DNA from: Octopus sinensis | Taxonomy: Eukaryota | DNA length: 64,000 nucleotides | Assembly: GCF_006345805.1 (NCBI RefSeq) | Contig: NC_042998.1 | Coordinates: 27,838,001 to 27,902,000 of the forward strand | Direction: 5' to 3' | Shown: piece after piece, positions 12,469 to 25,878 of the stretch | Position numbering within the stretch: the first letter of the stretch is position 1 | How the letters are laid out: each line of letters begins with the position of its first letter | The notes under the pieces: generated by a model | Databases searched by the model: none | What the model was told of the DNA's origin: nothing | What the model saw: the letters and a program-made list of their open reading frames with translations, nothing else | Program-made: the position numbers and the translations under genes

Positions 12469-13389
12469 ATATATATATATATATGTTTAAAATGCTGTTC
12501 ATATGGATAGGCAATCTGTAAGATTACTCTTAAATTCTGCTCTGGCACTGGGAGCTTCATATCTTTATCTGTTTATCTATCTATCTATCCATCTGTCTAC
12601 ATACATACATACATATCCGGAGAGATAATCTGTTACCAATCGGCAGTATTATTGAATACAAACAACAAAATAACAATTTTTGTTTTCGTGGAGTTAGTAT
12701 TAAAAATACATAAAAGAGAATAGAGTCGTAGATCAAAGTTGTATTTAAATTGCGAAAATATTTATTTGTTAGTCTAGAAATATATTTTGTTGGTGCTTTT
12801 GCTAGCTGATGGCATCTAGAAGTGAACGTTCGTGTACGGCATTTAAAGGCTATTGAAATTAACGTTTATTCAAGTGGAAAGTATAACGAAACCAAATAAT
12901 AGATTTAAGCGAACACATCCTACTAAAATAAGAGGAAAATTTCAATTTTTATTATAAGTTATATGTTATTTGCTACAGCTGTTCAGTTATGAAACTTATT
13001 TCTAAATTGGTAACTTCATGTGAAATAAATATATTATATTTAGAGTTTTATTTTTAATGCTAGCATATTGTATAACAAGTTAGTTTATGTAATATTTATA
13101 TACTAATGTTTACAGCTCAATTGGAATAATATTTATGTATCTGATATTATTAGAACAGCGATATATTAAATAATTGTGCTATTTGGAATGAAAATTTGAA
13201 CGTTTCAGGAAACAAAAAAAAACATTAAACGTATTTAGCTAACAGGAAATAAGACCGGAAACGAGGGTTTAAATTATGCACCGAAATGATAAATATTCTC
13301 AATGTCTGTTTGCAAATTTTATTTGATTGCTTTTACGGAGCAAATGAAACAGAATGAATATAATAATGTGCTCTCTCTCTATCTATCTC

Positions 13390-13508
<119 letters not shown>

Positions 13509-14179
13509 GTTTGTGTTTGTGTGAACTGGTGTATATGTAAAATCTGTAAATATATAGAGACGCAAATATACATATGCAAACGTATATACTCTCTCTCATA
13601 TGCATACACATTTTTCCTGTGTTTCTCTCATACACACCACGTATATACATACTTAAATCTACGAACAGATCTTTATCTGCACATATATAAAATGATCTAA
13701 ATGTACTACTGCAAATGTATATAAAATAAATTTGTAGAATCGAAAACAAAAACGAAGAACTTGTTAAAGGTATCTGTTTCTAATGTTGGTACAAATCCAC
13801 GAATTTTTTGGGGTAGATATAGTCAATTAAGACGAAACCCAATATTGATATGATACTTTACCTTATCGATCCGAAAACGGAAAATGCAAAGTTACTCTAT
13901 GCAAGATTTCAATATAAAGAATCATAAGTAGATACCGCTTTAATTATATACCAATTCTTCGCCCTAAAAATGCTTAACCATTAAGAAATAGAGCATAAGA
14001 AAAATACCTAGTGGTGTTCCGTTTCATGCCTCTATGCTGCTTACATGGCAAACTCTATTTTGTCTTTCATCTTTTTCTATGTTTAATAAAATTGGTACCA
14101 ATTAAGTGCTGGTGCCAAGGTCAATTTAATGGGGTATAGCAAAGATATGTGATATTGTTTCAGTTTATATATATATCGT

Positions 14180-14433
14180 GAAGGCGCGTGGCTTAGTGAT
14201 TTGGTCCACGATAGTAAGGTCGTGAGTTCGATTCCCGACGATGCAGTATGTCCGTCAGCAAGACACTTTATTTCACATTGCCCCAGTCCACTCAGCTGGT
14301 GGAAATGAGCAGTATTTGTATTTCAAAGGGCCAGATTCGTCACATTCTGTGTCATGCTGAATCTCCACGAGAACTACGTTAAGTCTACACGTGTCTGTGG
14401 AGTGCTCAACCACTTGCATCTTAATTTCACGAG
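14180..14433 (+). mobile_element. SINE head C + tail E
   Basis: GAAGGCGCGTGGCTTAGTG head joined to the TGTATTTCAAAGGGCCAG...GAGAACTACGTTAAG tail. Confidence 0.8.
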
Positions 14434-14634
14434 TGTGTTTGTATGCGTGTGTGTCTATGCGCGTGTGTGTATGCGCGCGTGTGTGTGTATGCGTGTGTGT
14501 GTGTGTGTGCGTGTGTGTGTGTATGCGTGTGTGTGTGTGTATGCGTGCGTGTGTGTATATGTGTGTGTGTATGCGTGCGTGCGTGTGTGTGTGTGTGTGT
14601 GTATGCGTGCGTGCGTGCGTGTGTGTGTGTGTGT
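14434..14634. repeat. Compound (TG)n/(TGCG)n microsatellite
   Basis: Direct reading. Confidence 0.95.
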
Positions 14635-15095
14635 CACGCTGTATTTTGAAACATCTGTATGTTGCATATTACAGTGGAAGTGAATGGCATGGAATACAGC
14701 AGATAATACCAAAGGCTTAATCAAATTGATTAAGCTTTATCGACGGAAGCTTTAATTTCTGTAATTAACAATATTGTATTCCTATACAGCTCCAATATTT
14801 CGAAGATATTTACTATATCGTGTTATCAAGGTAATTCTAGAAACATTGCTCAACTTATTATTGCATGTGTTTCTTCTTTCCGAAACTGGCGAAATTTTCT
14901 ATAACAGATATCGGTAAACGAAACGGAATCCTATGAACTGCGTGTTGTTCATCAGTAAAACGCACGACCAGATTTATCATCCAGTTCTGTTTCAGTTTTA
15001 ATTATGGTTATATAGATAAATACAGCAGTAATTGAGTTTAGATTTAGATAACAAAGCATAACGCAAACACATATGTAATATGTATGATTATCATG

Positions 15096-15413
15096 GGAGG
15101 CGCAATGGCCCAGTGGTTAGAGCAGCGGACTCGCGGTCGGAGGATCGCGGTTTCGATTCCCAGATCGGGCGTTGTGTGTGCTTATTGAGCGAAAATACCT
15201 AAAAGCTCCACGAGGCTCCGGCAGGAGGTGTTGGCGAGCACTGTTGTACTCTTTCGCTCCAACTTTCCCTCACTCTTTCTTCCTGTTTCTTGAGTAACCC
15301 TGCGATGGACTGGCGTCCTGTCCAGCTGGGGGGGGGGACACATACGCCACAGAAACCGGGAAACCGGGCCCATGAGCCTGGTTAGGCTTGAGAAGGGCAC
15401 ATAAATAAATAAA
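15096..15413 (+). mobile_element. SINE head D + tail X, (TAAA)n end
   Basis: GGAGGCGCAATGGCCCAGTGGTTAG head with A/B-box-like motifs; probable TSD ATGATTAT(C/G)AT. Confidence 0.88.
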
Positions 15414-15838
15414 AATGATTATGATATTTATTTTGGTCATACAAAGCGGCCAATTAGAGAATGTAATAATTTTCTAGTCAGTTTTTAATGTTATCTGTGC
15501 AGTTTGCCAATAGAAATTAGGGTCGGCGCTGATTTTTTACGATGTTTCGTCTACGAACATGTCCAGGTAAACAATGCGATCGAAGATAGGAAATAAATAC
15601 AAGTACGTCTATGTAACCAATTTATAGTTATATGATTATTGTGATATAAGTACGGGGAAAATGTTAAACCACGGGATTTGTTTTGCAGGAATAACTCTGT
15701 ACCACCGCATTATCCGAAACCAGATGTTACCTGTACGTTATCAACCATTAGAATATGATGACGTAATTTCAGAGCGAATACTAATAGCATGTAGTGAGAT
15801 TAAAAACATAAACACCATTTATGTCATTAATCTAATTA

Positions 15839-16345
15839 CCGTAAATCCTCGAGTATAATCCGCATTCCCCCCCAAATTTAAAGGTCAAAATCCCTAGTGC
15901 GTATTATATACGAGGTTAAAAATGAAAAATATTTTCTAAGCAATGTCCGAGTCTCTATTTGTTTATTCAGACGCATTTTGTGATGTCGTGCGCGAAAATA
16001 CCTTAAGGTAAGCTTGAAAGCAATGAAGCCATAAAAGAATCATCCATAACTTGCAGTAAGCAATATTTATTAAAATAAAAGTATTTAGAACTCAGAATAA
16101 CATGTAACAAAAGCAATTTGCAAATATATTTACATTCCCATATAACAGTTAAGAACATCACCATTATTGTATTACGCATGCGCGGAAGTGTTTGTTCGAC
16201 TATGTGGTGCTGGTTTAATTAAGCACGACTCAAATTAGAGAAGGGGTGCGTATTATAGACAAGGTTTAGGTTTTTCAGAAGTACAGCCCCCTAAAATTCC
16301 CCTGCGTATCATACTCAAGGTCGGACTATACTCGAGGATTTACGA
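15839..16345. mobile_element. pogo/Tc2-like MITE
   Basis: 24-bp TIRs (C/T)CGTAAATCCTCGAGTATA(A/G)TCCG, TA flanks, and subterminal TGCGTATTATA repeats. Confidence 0.9.
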
Positions 16346-18092
16346 TATGTTACGTATTACGTAACGTGGTCTCTTGTAAGAAAACTTAACGAGTTTGAGA
16401 CATAGTTGTATCGTTGGTATAGTTTAAAATTATTCATTACAAAAATGCTGTGTGTAGGCCAAATAAAGAAATGTGTTTTGTTATGCAATTCTAAGTGAAA
16501 AGCATTTTCTGCTTCAAGTTTTTCGGTTATGAACCTTATCATAACTATATGAAAGATAAACTTATACATTTATCGCATACTCCTGACTTATACGAAAATC
16601 GAAACTGCAAAGTGGCCAATTGTTTTATTTTTCATTTGGATGTTGTTGCATTGTCTTTAAATCGTTTACGTATTCGGCTGCAATTGAAAATATATAGAAA
16701 CTGTATACATGTAAGTTTATATCAATATATGATCCTGCAATATATGATCATTTCATTATCGTTTTGTACAAACGATAGATAAAATTCAATCTATTAACTG
16801 ACGATGTAAGATTAGTGTCATTTATAAAGACAGCCTGTACGAAAATTATCGAAAGACTATCGTGGTTTGTCGCATCGTTGATAAACAAACAAACAAATAT
16901 AAAAATTTAATCAAGGCAAAAAAGATTATTTTAGAGTTTGATGGATTCAAAAAAAGTTTTCACAGTAAACTATTTGTAAATGTCGGCCATGTCATTAAAA
17001 ATTCACTTTCACTTCATTTTGTATAAATTTACATAAGCAAGACACCAAACTAACTCTATTTACTTTCAAAATAATCTCTTATGTATTTTTTAGTAGCGCA
17101 TTAAACAGTCAAATTCCTTTGAGCATTTCTCTGAATTTTGTTTATCGGAGCCAGGAGTATGGTTTGTAGGAAATAAAAATATTTCAGTAACAAATATAAT
17201 TCAAATATGACTTATGGGAAAACCAGCCTGGCGGGTGTGCCTTATCGCAACCCTCACATATAAAACATCGCACCTGAAAACTATTTAGCAATTAATTCGT
17301 TGCAATCTTTTGCAGCCATTTTACATCTTTCATACATAACATTACCACCGCCGACAAGGCATTGTAAATGCACATCATAATACCCACAAGTCAACAGGCG
17401 TTAAAATGATGTATTCTTGTATCACACACTCTCCACACACTTTGGTCAAATTGAAGTAGCGCCTTATGATACAATTTCCAGGTGTCTGCACTAACTGTAC
17501 AGAAACTATCTAGCACCCTGTCTTCAGTCAAAAATGCTCTGCGCCGAGAAAAGCACCCGCTTGGTTAGCTTCAGTATTCATTCCATGCACACTAATCAAA
17601 TTTATACCGATTTTTATATACCACCTATACGAATGAGCAATACATAATCTAGTTTCAAGATTACAATTATGTTGGAGAGAAACTTCATGTTGGACTGTCT
17701 TTTTACAAATGCAGTCTAGAATACCTGAAGGTGTAGAAGCAGTACTGTTAAGCCACTTCAGTGTGCAACCAACTCAAACCTTGTAGAAGATAAGTAATTT
17801 TAGCAAAATAAATTATTTTCTCATTCGGAGAAATGATACAGTTTTACTATATTACGGACGTGTTCGTTGGGAAATATTTCTCAATCAAAATATGAATTAG
17901 TATTTATTACAGCTGTGAGAAATTCTAGTTGAATGATGTTGGGTGAAGCAACACTATCTCTACCCAATATTTTGAGAGCGAAATCCTCTAGTGAGAAACA
18001 TAGGACAAGTAGGTATCTAGAGGATCCGGTTTTATGAAAGCCGTAGTGTTAGTCACAAAGAAAGACGCGTGATTCAAGTTGTTGGTGAAGGT

Positions 18093-18330
18093 TGTTAGCA
18101 GTCTCGATTATATTTCTGATATAGAAAATGCGACTCCTCCGAGTTGGTGATTTCCGACGGGTTCCTCCTCTTGCGTCATGTCGCACGTCCGGATGCCTCT
18201 GTTACTCTACTCCTCTGAGCGCTACTCAACTCTACTACTCTTGACTGTGCTCTCTCACGTCTAGGCTTCTCCCTCTATATCTACGTATTGGGTTAGCCTA
18301 CTTCATCGTCTGTGGGGTGTCCACACAACA
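18093..18330 (-). mobile_element. Isolated LTR (TG...CA)
   Basis: Minus strand TGTTGTGTGG...CTAACA, homologous to the PBS-linked LTR at 28537; no TSD found. Confidence 0.65.
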
Positions 18331-19041
18331 TCTTGTGAATGAGAACTGTAGTGTGCTTATTGGGATATATCCCTTACGATAGATAGATAGATAGAGAGAG
18401 ATGTTGAAAAAGAGACGAAATACATGGAGGATTGAATAGTTTTGGCGAGGAGCATTATTTAAAAGTGATGTCAAAAGCGTCGTCAGGGGTGGTGGCCTCA
18501 ATGGTTGGAAGTGACCCCGGATACTTGCACAATAATAAATAGTAGCGAATCTCTTGTGTCGAAAAAGGAAAGTTTTAAGAGAATTTTCACATTGTAGAAC
18601 CAGCGTGGAGTTGGGTGCGAAGGAGACAGCAATTTCAGAAGTTTTCGATGTGAGAATATTGCATACTGGAACATCAGTGTTAAGAAATAAAACCAAGAAA
18701 GAAAAATCCATAACGAAATATATTTTCAAATAAGAGAAAATGGCAGTTCAGACCAACGCGAAGTGTCAGTTATAAATGATGAGATATTATTATATGACAT
18801 ATATGGAAATAGGTTCATATCATGGCAATATTTGTTTTTCTTTTCGATTTTATATTATTTTCTGCTGTGACAATGATTTGGTGTTATTGTTTTTCCCCAC
18901 CGAATTTGGTTATATTTATATCGATCTGTGATAGCATAAACAGTGGTGAAGAAGGTATGCATATTTAAAATAGTAGTGGTAGTAATTGGAATTCAAACAG
19001 TATTGTGAGCAGCTAACAATAACAATGATAACAACAACAAC

Positions 19042-19072
<31 letters not shown>

Positions 19073-19073
<1 letters not shown>

Positions 19074-20816
19074 TTATTATTGTTATTATTATTATTATTA
19101 TTCAGTAGTTTTATTTTTATAGCGTGCTTTCACTTCACTACCGAGCGCAGCTCTGTGTGCCTTGGGTATGTGCTGTGATTTGTTGTGATGCTCTGATGGT
19201 TATTGTATGGAAAGTGTTCTGCGTAGGATGTGTGCAGTGCCTAGTAGTGCAATTTGCTGTATGTTATATGTGTTTGTAAGTCCTGGTGTTTTTGTTATGT
19301 ATTTGTCTGAATATTTTTTTATCATGCCTAATGCACCTACTATGATAGGAATTGTTTCTGTTTTCAGATTCCACATTCTAGTTACCTCTATTTCCAGGTC
19401 TTTGTATTTTGAAAGTTTCTCCATTCCTTTTAGAGACACGTTGTCATCCGCTGGTATTGATACATCAATTAGAAAACATTTTTTTTCTTCATGATCTCTG
19501 ACAACTATATCTGGTCTGTTGGCCTTAATTTCTCTATCTGTGTGTATTGGCATATCCCAGAGTATGGTTGCTTTCTCGTTTTCTGTGACCTTTTCTGGTG
19601 TGTGCCTATACCATCTTTTTTCTGTTGTTATTCCATAATGTTGGCATAGTTTCCAGTGTATATAGGTCCCAACTCTGTCGTGTCTGTGAATATATTCCTT
19701 CTTAGCCAGGACTGGGCAGCCAGAGATAATATGATTTATTGTTTCTTGTCCATCTCCACATATTCTGCATTTACTTGTTATATTTCTTTTCATTACATGT
19801 TTTTGGTAATTTCTGGTGGGGAGGCTTTGGTCTTGTGCTGCAATTAAAAATCCTTCTGTCTCTGATTTGAGTCCTGAGCTTCTCAACCATTGCTGGGATT
19901 TTTCTTTGTCTATTTCTTTTGCATTTAGTTTAGTCCAGTATTTACCATGAAGGGGCTTTTCTTGCCATCGTTTTATCATGGTTCGTTGCTGTTCTATTTT
20001 TAGTTTGGATTTCATTGTTTTATAGCTTTTGTTGTTCTTCTCTTCTTCTTCTTCTTCTTCTTTTCTTCTTCTTCTTCTCTTCTTCTTCTTCTTCTTCTAC
20101 ATATTTGTTAGGTGGTATGATTTCTTGTTTGTATTTGTCAGCTTCCTTAAATACTGAAAACAGTATTTTGTTTTGCTCGTGTTTTTCCGCTATTTGTATC
20201 AGTTTTCCTTCCTTCTGAAGTAGATATTTTTGCAGTCCTATGGTGGTTATTTTATAGTAGTTTTCCAGCTGTATAAGGCCTCTACCACCTTCTATACGTT
20301 GTATATATAGTCTTTCTATGTCAGATTTTGGGTGATGCATCCTAGATCCTGTCATTATTTTTTTTGTTTTCCTATCTATTTTGGTCAGTTCATTTCGTGT
20401 CCAGTTAAGGATATTGTAGCTGTAACTTATAACTGGGACGGCTAAAGTGTTGATACCTATTATCTTTTTTTTAGCATTGAGCTCTGTTTTCAGTATTGAT
20501 CTAACTCGTCTATAATATTCTTTTTTTTAAATTTCTCTTTCATTTGTGTGTGTTGTGTCTTATCTAGTTCATGGATTCCTAAGTATTTGTAAGTTTGGCT
20601 TTGGTCTAATTCTTTTATTTCATTGGTTTTATCTAGTGTGATGTTGCTACTCGTAATTAATTTTCCTCTTTTCAGGGTTACTTTGGCGCATTTCTCTAAT
20701 CCAAATTTCATATCTATTTCTTTGGTAAATACATGAACTGTCTTTAGTAGTGTTTCCAGCTGTTTGTCATTTGCAGCGTATAGTTTTAGGTCATCCATAT
20801 AAAAGGTGGCTGATCA
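19073..20816 (-). mobile_element. 5'-truncated, frameshifted RLE-type non-LTR retrotransposon (R4/Dong-like) with (TAA)n tail
   Basis: RT motif (ISHL-F)YMDDLKLY and YKYLG, CCHC knuckle CRICG...HIISGC, PD-(D/E)xK-type RPDIVV...LIDVSIP, KY.DL and IIVGALG motifs; short 3' UTR then (TAA)n. Confidence 0.9.
19200..20015 (-). pseudogene. C-terminal zinc knuckle + restriction-like endonuclease ORF of the LINE (271 aa)
   Basis: ORF track. Upstream RT/thumb pieces lie in other frames (20020-20355, 20490-20798). Confidence 0.88.
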
Positions 20817-21896
20817 GCGTCAACTGGCAAATGACCATTATAATGAACTGGATTAACGTATTGTAGACGAGGTTGTTGAGAGGTCTCTATTAGGTGCAAT
20901 TATCATGCTGGTAGGAAGATCAATTTTTGTTCTTGTCTTCAAACGTAGCAGCCCTTGACGTATGGTCTCAACTGATTTAGAAGTACATCCTTGGCATGCA
21001 GAGTTTGCTTCAAAGCATCAGATTGCAAGACTCAGACAGTATTTTGTATGGTGTTATCCATAAAAATTTGCGGGGGGATTATAATCAAAATAAGCAACAA
21101 GAATGACTCCGGTAATTTGGTACAATTGTTTCGCACTACATCATTTTATTAAAAGTTGTAAGTATTACAACAGATTTAAGATGCTGAGTGCTCATCAGCC
21201 AATTATATAGGATGAAAATGATCGACAGTCTCAAAGGCAAATCTCTGAAATATTGTGTACTCAACTAATATTTCAGTTTCGTCATCTTCGGAATCGCTGA
21301 GTGTTCAAATTCTATGCCAATATTGCACATAGGAGTGACATTGCATGCAGGGGTCAGCAACATCCTAAAAGCAGAACGAACAGTCCTGTCACCTGTGATC
21401 AACGTGGAAGTAATATCAGTCTGCTTGAACGAATAAACATTTGCTACATTTTGGTTGATACAAAAATGTTTTGATTATCCTACTAGAAGTATCACAAAAA
21501 TTATTTCTGCCGAGTCAGATGTCACTAATTCATTGATCCGTCTATAATACATTTTATTTTGGAACCAAGTGTGTTTCGTTTTGGTGCACACACTATTCCA
21601 GTTATTGAATATATTAGGTTTCAGCAACGTCAGTGATGTCGCAATATCAATCTTCTCACCTTCCTTCAAATATGCAATGTTTATACCCTGATACGTACAA
21701 ATTCCACATGTTTGCAGGCACAGTGATGCGGTTAAGAATTCAATTGGCAACAACTTAGTTCTAATTCGATCTATTTCGCAGGAAATTTCGGAAAAATGTT
21801 ATAAATCATATTGTCGAGCTGACACCAACGATAACCCGATAACCTGTATGGAAAGTGGCAGAAGGAAATTATATAACGTATGTTTTATATATATAT

Positions 21897-22093
21897 GTCC
21901 GGCAGTCGCCATGATAGATCGGTAGCCACTACACACATTTTCTCTCTCCTTGTTTCTTTCTGTGTTCCTTTCTGTGGAAGAGAGTAGGCTCGAAACGTAG
22001 AAGACCTTTTCAATTCCCGAGCGTTATGCTAATACATCTGTTTGTTTTCTACACTACCTGTCTTCGTGTTGTGTTTTTTTCGTGAATTCTCCC
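21897..22093 (+). mobile_element. (TA)n-flanked short pLTR-like element
   Basis: (TA) on both sides; a sibling copy lies at 33091-33237. Confidence 0.6.
21968..22003 (+). ncRNA. Degenerate minimal hammerhead-like motif (A6U, extra A after A9)
   Basis: CUUU-CUGUGGA-A-GAGA(GUAG)GCUC-GAAAC-GUA-GAAG. Confidence 0.45.
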
Positions 22094-22119
22094 TATATAT
22101 ATATATCCTATATATATAT

Positions 22120-22206
<87 letters not shown>

Positions 22207-24038
22207 GTATATATATATATATGTATACACACACACACACACATACATATATATACATACTTATACACGTACACGTAGTCGATGATATATAGAATTCAAA
22301 ATTGGTGGCTCAATCTGATTGCAATCAAACGACTGAAACATGAACTTTATTAATTTACATTTTGTTTTACGATATTAAAGAAAACGGAACATTTACATTG
22401 TTTTGTTGTTCGAGACCCTTCAGGATCTGTAGTTATACACTTTGTTTAATATGAATTTATAACTTCAAATATTTTTTTCTCTACATCTCATAATAAGCAT
22501 TATGGCTTTATATTCTAACAGACACGTGAAAAAGAAAGGTTCTACGCTTCAACCCGATGACTTTATTATTATTTAAAATATTATCTAAGTATTATTATTT
22601 AAAATTATTTAAAAATAGATAATATATAGAATGGAAACGTAGTATCAATTTGACAATTTCTTGTTAATATTTAGTATTTATCTCGAAAGAGCTGCTGAAT
22701 TATTTTTCAATAAATCCATGTACGGATAGAAAGTTCAACAGTCAAGATATTTACAAATACTGTGGCGCCATCATACTCTGTCGTATAGATAATAAAAAAT
22801 AATACTTACAAAGTACACAGAAGTATATCGTGTACTGTTGTTGTAAATTATGATATAATCCTTACAGTTGTTAGATATGCATGTACACGAATGGATAATA
22901 TAAATACGCGAATAGTTATCTATTTGCAAAGCAGTTTGAGCAAATAATAATTACTAGGTATAGACACAAGTCTGGGGAAAATAGCCAAATATTCATCAAG
23001 TATAAAAAGGACAAACTACGACTGGTAGGTTGAAAGAGAATAAATCTAATATAGTCTTGGGAACTTACAATTTTCCTTCGGAGCTGCATAATAGCGGGAT
23101 TTGATTTCCATATTGCTTATTTTTATTTGTACGAGAACAAAGAGACGTAATTGCTTTCAACAAATAACTGAGAGACACTAGTGCGTTAGATTATTACACA
23201 TAGTCACGTGATGTATCTTTGCAACTGAGCATGACACATTCTATTGTGATAACATCACGTTCCTGTTTATAGTCAAATTAGCTACACGTACATGATAGAA
23301 TTCAGGTTCAGGAAGCAGATTGTAATTTCGAAGACAGATATTTAGGAAGCTGTTTCTCCGGCTGATATAATTTACTTCGTTATTGAGTTCTATTTTATGA
23401 TTAGAATTAGAAGTATGTGATTGCGCAGCGAAATATTTGACCGACCACCATATTAAATTATGTTAACGTCTGTAATGTCAACAAAAACCGATTACTCAGA
23501 TATGATTACTAAAATCTAATAATGGTCAGATAGGAACCACAATCATTGAAAGCTTTATTTGGGGGAGGTACTTTAAATTGGTGATATATCAGTGTGTTTT
23601 TGGAGCGGTTGTTCAGTATTGATTGACTCCGTTTATAACAACTGCCGTGTACTTTCCAAACTCATAATCAACATTCTATTTCATTTACTGCAAAGGAAAT
23701 GAAGTTTTCCTATTTTAGATTTGCTTACTTATATTTTCGACGTATTCTTATTTGAAAGTGCAGTACAATGACGATTTCTCGAAAATATGCTTGTACCGAA
23801 ATTGCTCCTTTCAATTTATCCAAGATGTATACAATAAAATATAATTGAAAAATCGATCGCTTCTGTATCTTGCAGATTACAATGATCCTTGCTATATAGA
23901 ATTAACAAAAACAGCTTCCAATGACCATTGCATAATAATGAAATACAAATGTAGAGAGTTGCTTAAATTGGCAAGGGAAACTTGAAAATCTGCTACAGTA
24001 AGAAAAAAAATACGAAGCACAAATGAGTATCTTTTGTG

Positions 24039-24444
24039 AACCACATGATCCTGGGTTCAGTCCCACTGCTTGGCACCTTGGACAAGTGTCTTCTACTATA
24101 GCCTCGGGCTGACCAAAGCCTTGTGAGTGGATTTGGTAGATGGAAGCTGAAAGAAGCCCGTCGTATATATGTGTACATATATGTGTCTGTGTGTGTATAT
24201 GATCATGTGTCTGTGTGTGTATATGATCATGTAACTGTGTTTGTCCCTCCAACATCGCTTGACAACCGATGCTGGTGTGTTTATGTCCCCATAACTTAGC
24301 GGTTCGGCAAAAGAGACCGATAGAATAAGTACTAGGCTAACAAAGAATAAGTCTTGGGATCGATTTGCTCGACTAAAAGGCGGTGCTCCAGCATGGCCAC
24401 AGTCAAATGAGTGAAACAAGTTAAAGAGTAAAAAAGTAAAGAGT
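24039..24444 (+). mobile_element. SINE family A, 5'-truncated
   Basis: Match to family A; 26-bp tandem duplication in the central repeat. Confidence 0.88.
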
Positions 24445-24518
24445 ATTGTTAATATTCTGTAATGATATGGAGAAAATAGTTTGTGGCTAATAATGGGGTA
24501 AAATGACCTCAGTCCTTG

Positions 24519-24661
24519 GCAGTATTTATTTTATCGACACCAAATGAATGAAAGGCAAATTCAACTCAGATTGAATTTGAACTCAGATTGCGAAAATGAA
24601 CGAAATGCCGCTAAGCATTTTGTCTGGCATGCTAACGATTCTGTCATCAGTTCGCTGCCTT
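24519..24661 (-). mobile_element. Degenerate SINE family B
   Basis: Reverse-complement similarity; head-to-head with the next copy. Confidence 0.65.
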
Positions 24662-24693
24662 AGTTATTACATAATGGTATAATCAAATAAAAA

Positions 24694-24926
24694 AAGGCGG
24701 TGAGCTGGCAGAAACGTTAGCACGCCGGGCGAAATGCTTAGCAGTATTTCGTCTGCCGTCACGTTGTGAGTTCAAATTTCGCCGAGGTCGACTTTGCTTT
24801 TCATCCTTTCGGGGTCGATAAATTAAGTACCAGTTACGCACTGGGGTCGATGTAATCGACTTAATACTTATGTCTGTCCTTGTTTGTCCCCTTTGTGTTT
24901 AGCCCCTTGTGGGTAATAAAGAAATA
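24694..24926 (+). mobile_element. SINE family B, tail B1
   Basis: Full copy; 14-bp TSD GGTATAATCAAATA at 24676-24689 and 24927-24940. Confidence 0.92.
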
Positions 24927-25009
24927 GGTATAATCAAATATATATTCAGCTGTATCTCAGACGGGAAAACATTTCTAAAATGTAGAGAATTTGATATAAC
25001 AATAATCTA

Positions 25010-25224
25010 CGAGACGTGCTGAAAGGTTCCTAGGTTTGAGTAAAAAAAAATAATTAAAGGCGGATCAGTTAATTATGATTTTGTTCAATATACTCCCCTC
25101 TTAGATTTATATACTTATTGTAGCGGTCCTTCGCTTCAGTTTTTTTCTGAGCCCTGTAAAAGAACTCGGAAGGTTGGGCCGCCAACTAAGCCTTTATCGA
25201 TACCTTTAAAACCACAGACCCTCG
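25010..25224 (-). mobile_element. mariner-derived MITE
   Basis: TA-CGAG...CTCG-TA ends with degenerate TIRs; the minus strand retains a transposase C-terminus remnant (RYNKYINLRGEYIE). Confidence 0.65.
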
Positions 25225-25481
25225 TATATCGAAAGCTCATTTAACTGGGTTCAAATACAAAACAACTGTAAATAAAATGTCATAAAAAAAATATACTCAG
25301 TTTGATAAAATCACAGGAACTGAAATACGCTTGTAGTTAGAATTATTCATTTTATTAAATATACTATGATCATATAATAGCGTAAGACACCCGTTATTTT
25401 ACGCCCATGTATTTAGTATAGTTCACCTAGACTAAACATTTTAAAGCCATTTTGCTAAATCTTATCTTGTAATATACAGTA

Positions 25482-25878
25482 CTAGCAGTATCGCCCGGCG
25501 TTGCTCGGGTTTGTAAGGGAAATAACTATATAAGCATTTTTAGAGAGTTATAGCCAAAAAATAGCAAAAAAATGCATTAAAAATGGAAAAAAAATGATGG
25601 TAAATTTTTTTTTAAATCGTTGACTCATCGTAGACATTTTTAGAGAGTTACTTCCCTTATATAATAGCGAAAAATGCATTAAAAGGGAAAAAAATTATGG
25701 TAAATTTTTAAAAAAATCATAGACTCATTGTACACGCGCGCTAATACACAGAAGGGCTCGATATAAATCACGACTATAAGATACCCGGTTTTGGTTAAAC
25801 TGCACCGCAAAATGTGGGAGTAGTTAGGAATCTAAATCGTAGGAGACAGACACACAACCTCTCTTTTATATATAAAGA
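25482..25878 (-). mobile_element. Non-autonomous Helitron-like element
   Basis: A|TC start and CCCGAGCAACGCCGGGCGATACTGCTAG|T end on the minus strand; internal ~105-bp tandem duplication. Confidence 0.7.

Noticed and set aside
15096-15175. tRNA-like sequence in SINE heads
   Set aside because: It has A/B-box-like motifs but no complete cloverleaf and is embedded in repeated SINE bodies; not a tRNA gene.
15503-15566. Plus-strand candidate exons here and at 37953-37997, 46187-46335 and 60469-60617
   Set aside because: AG/GT-bounded open frames, but the peptides are unrecognised and no consistent gene model emerges; expected by chance.
20830-21770. Possible decayed Gypsy pol (HPWH...RLRQYFVW, FIKSC, IEY-LGF-like words)
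   Set aside because: Motifs are short, scattered over frames and in unconvincing order; needs BLASTX.
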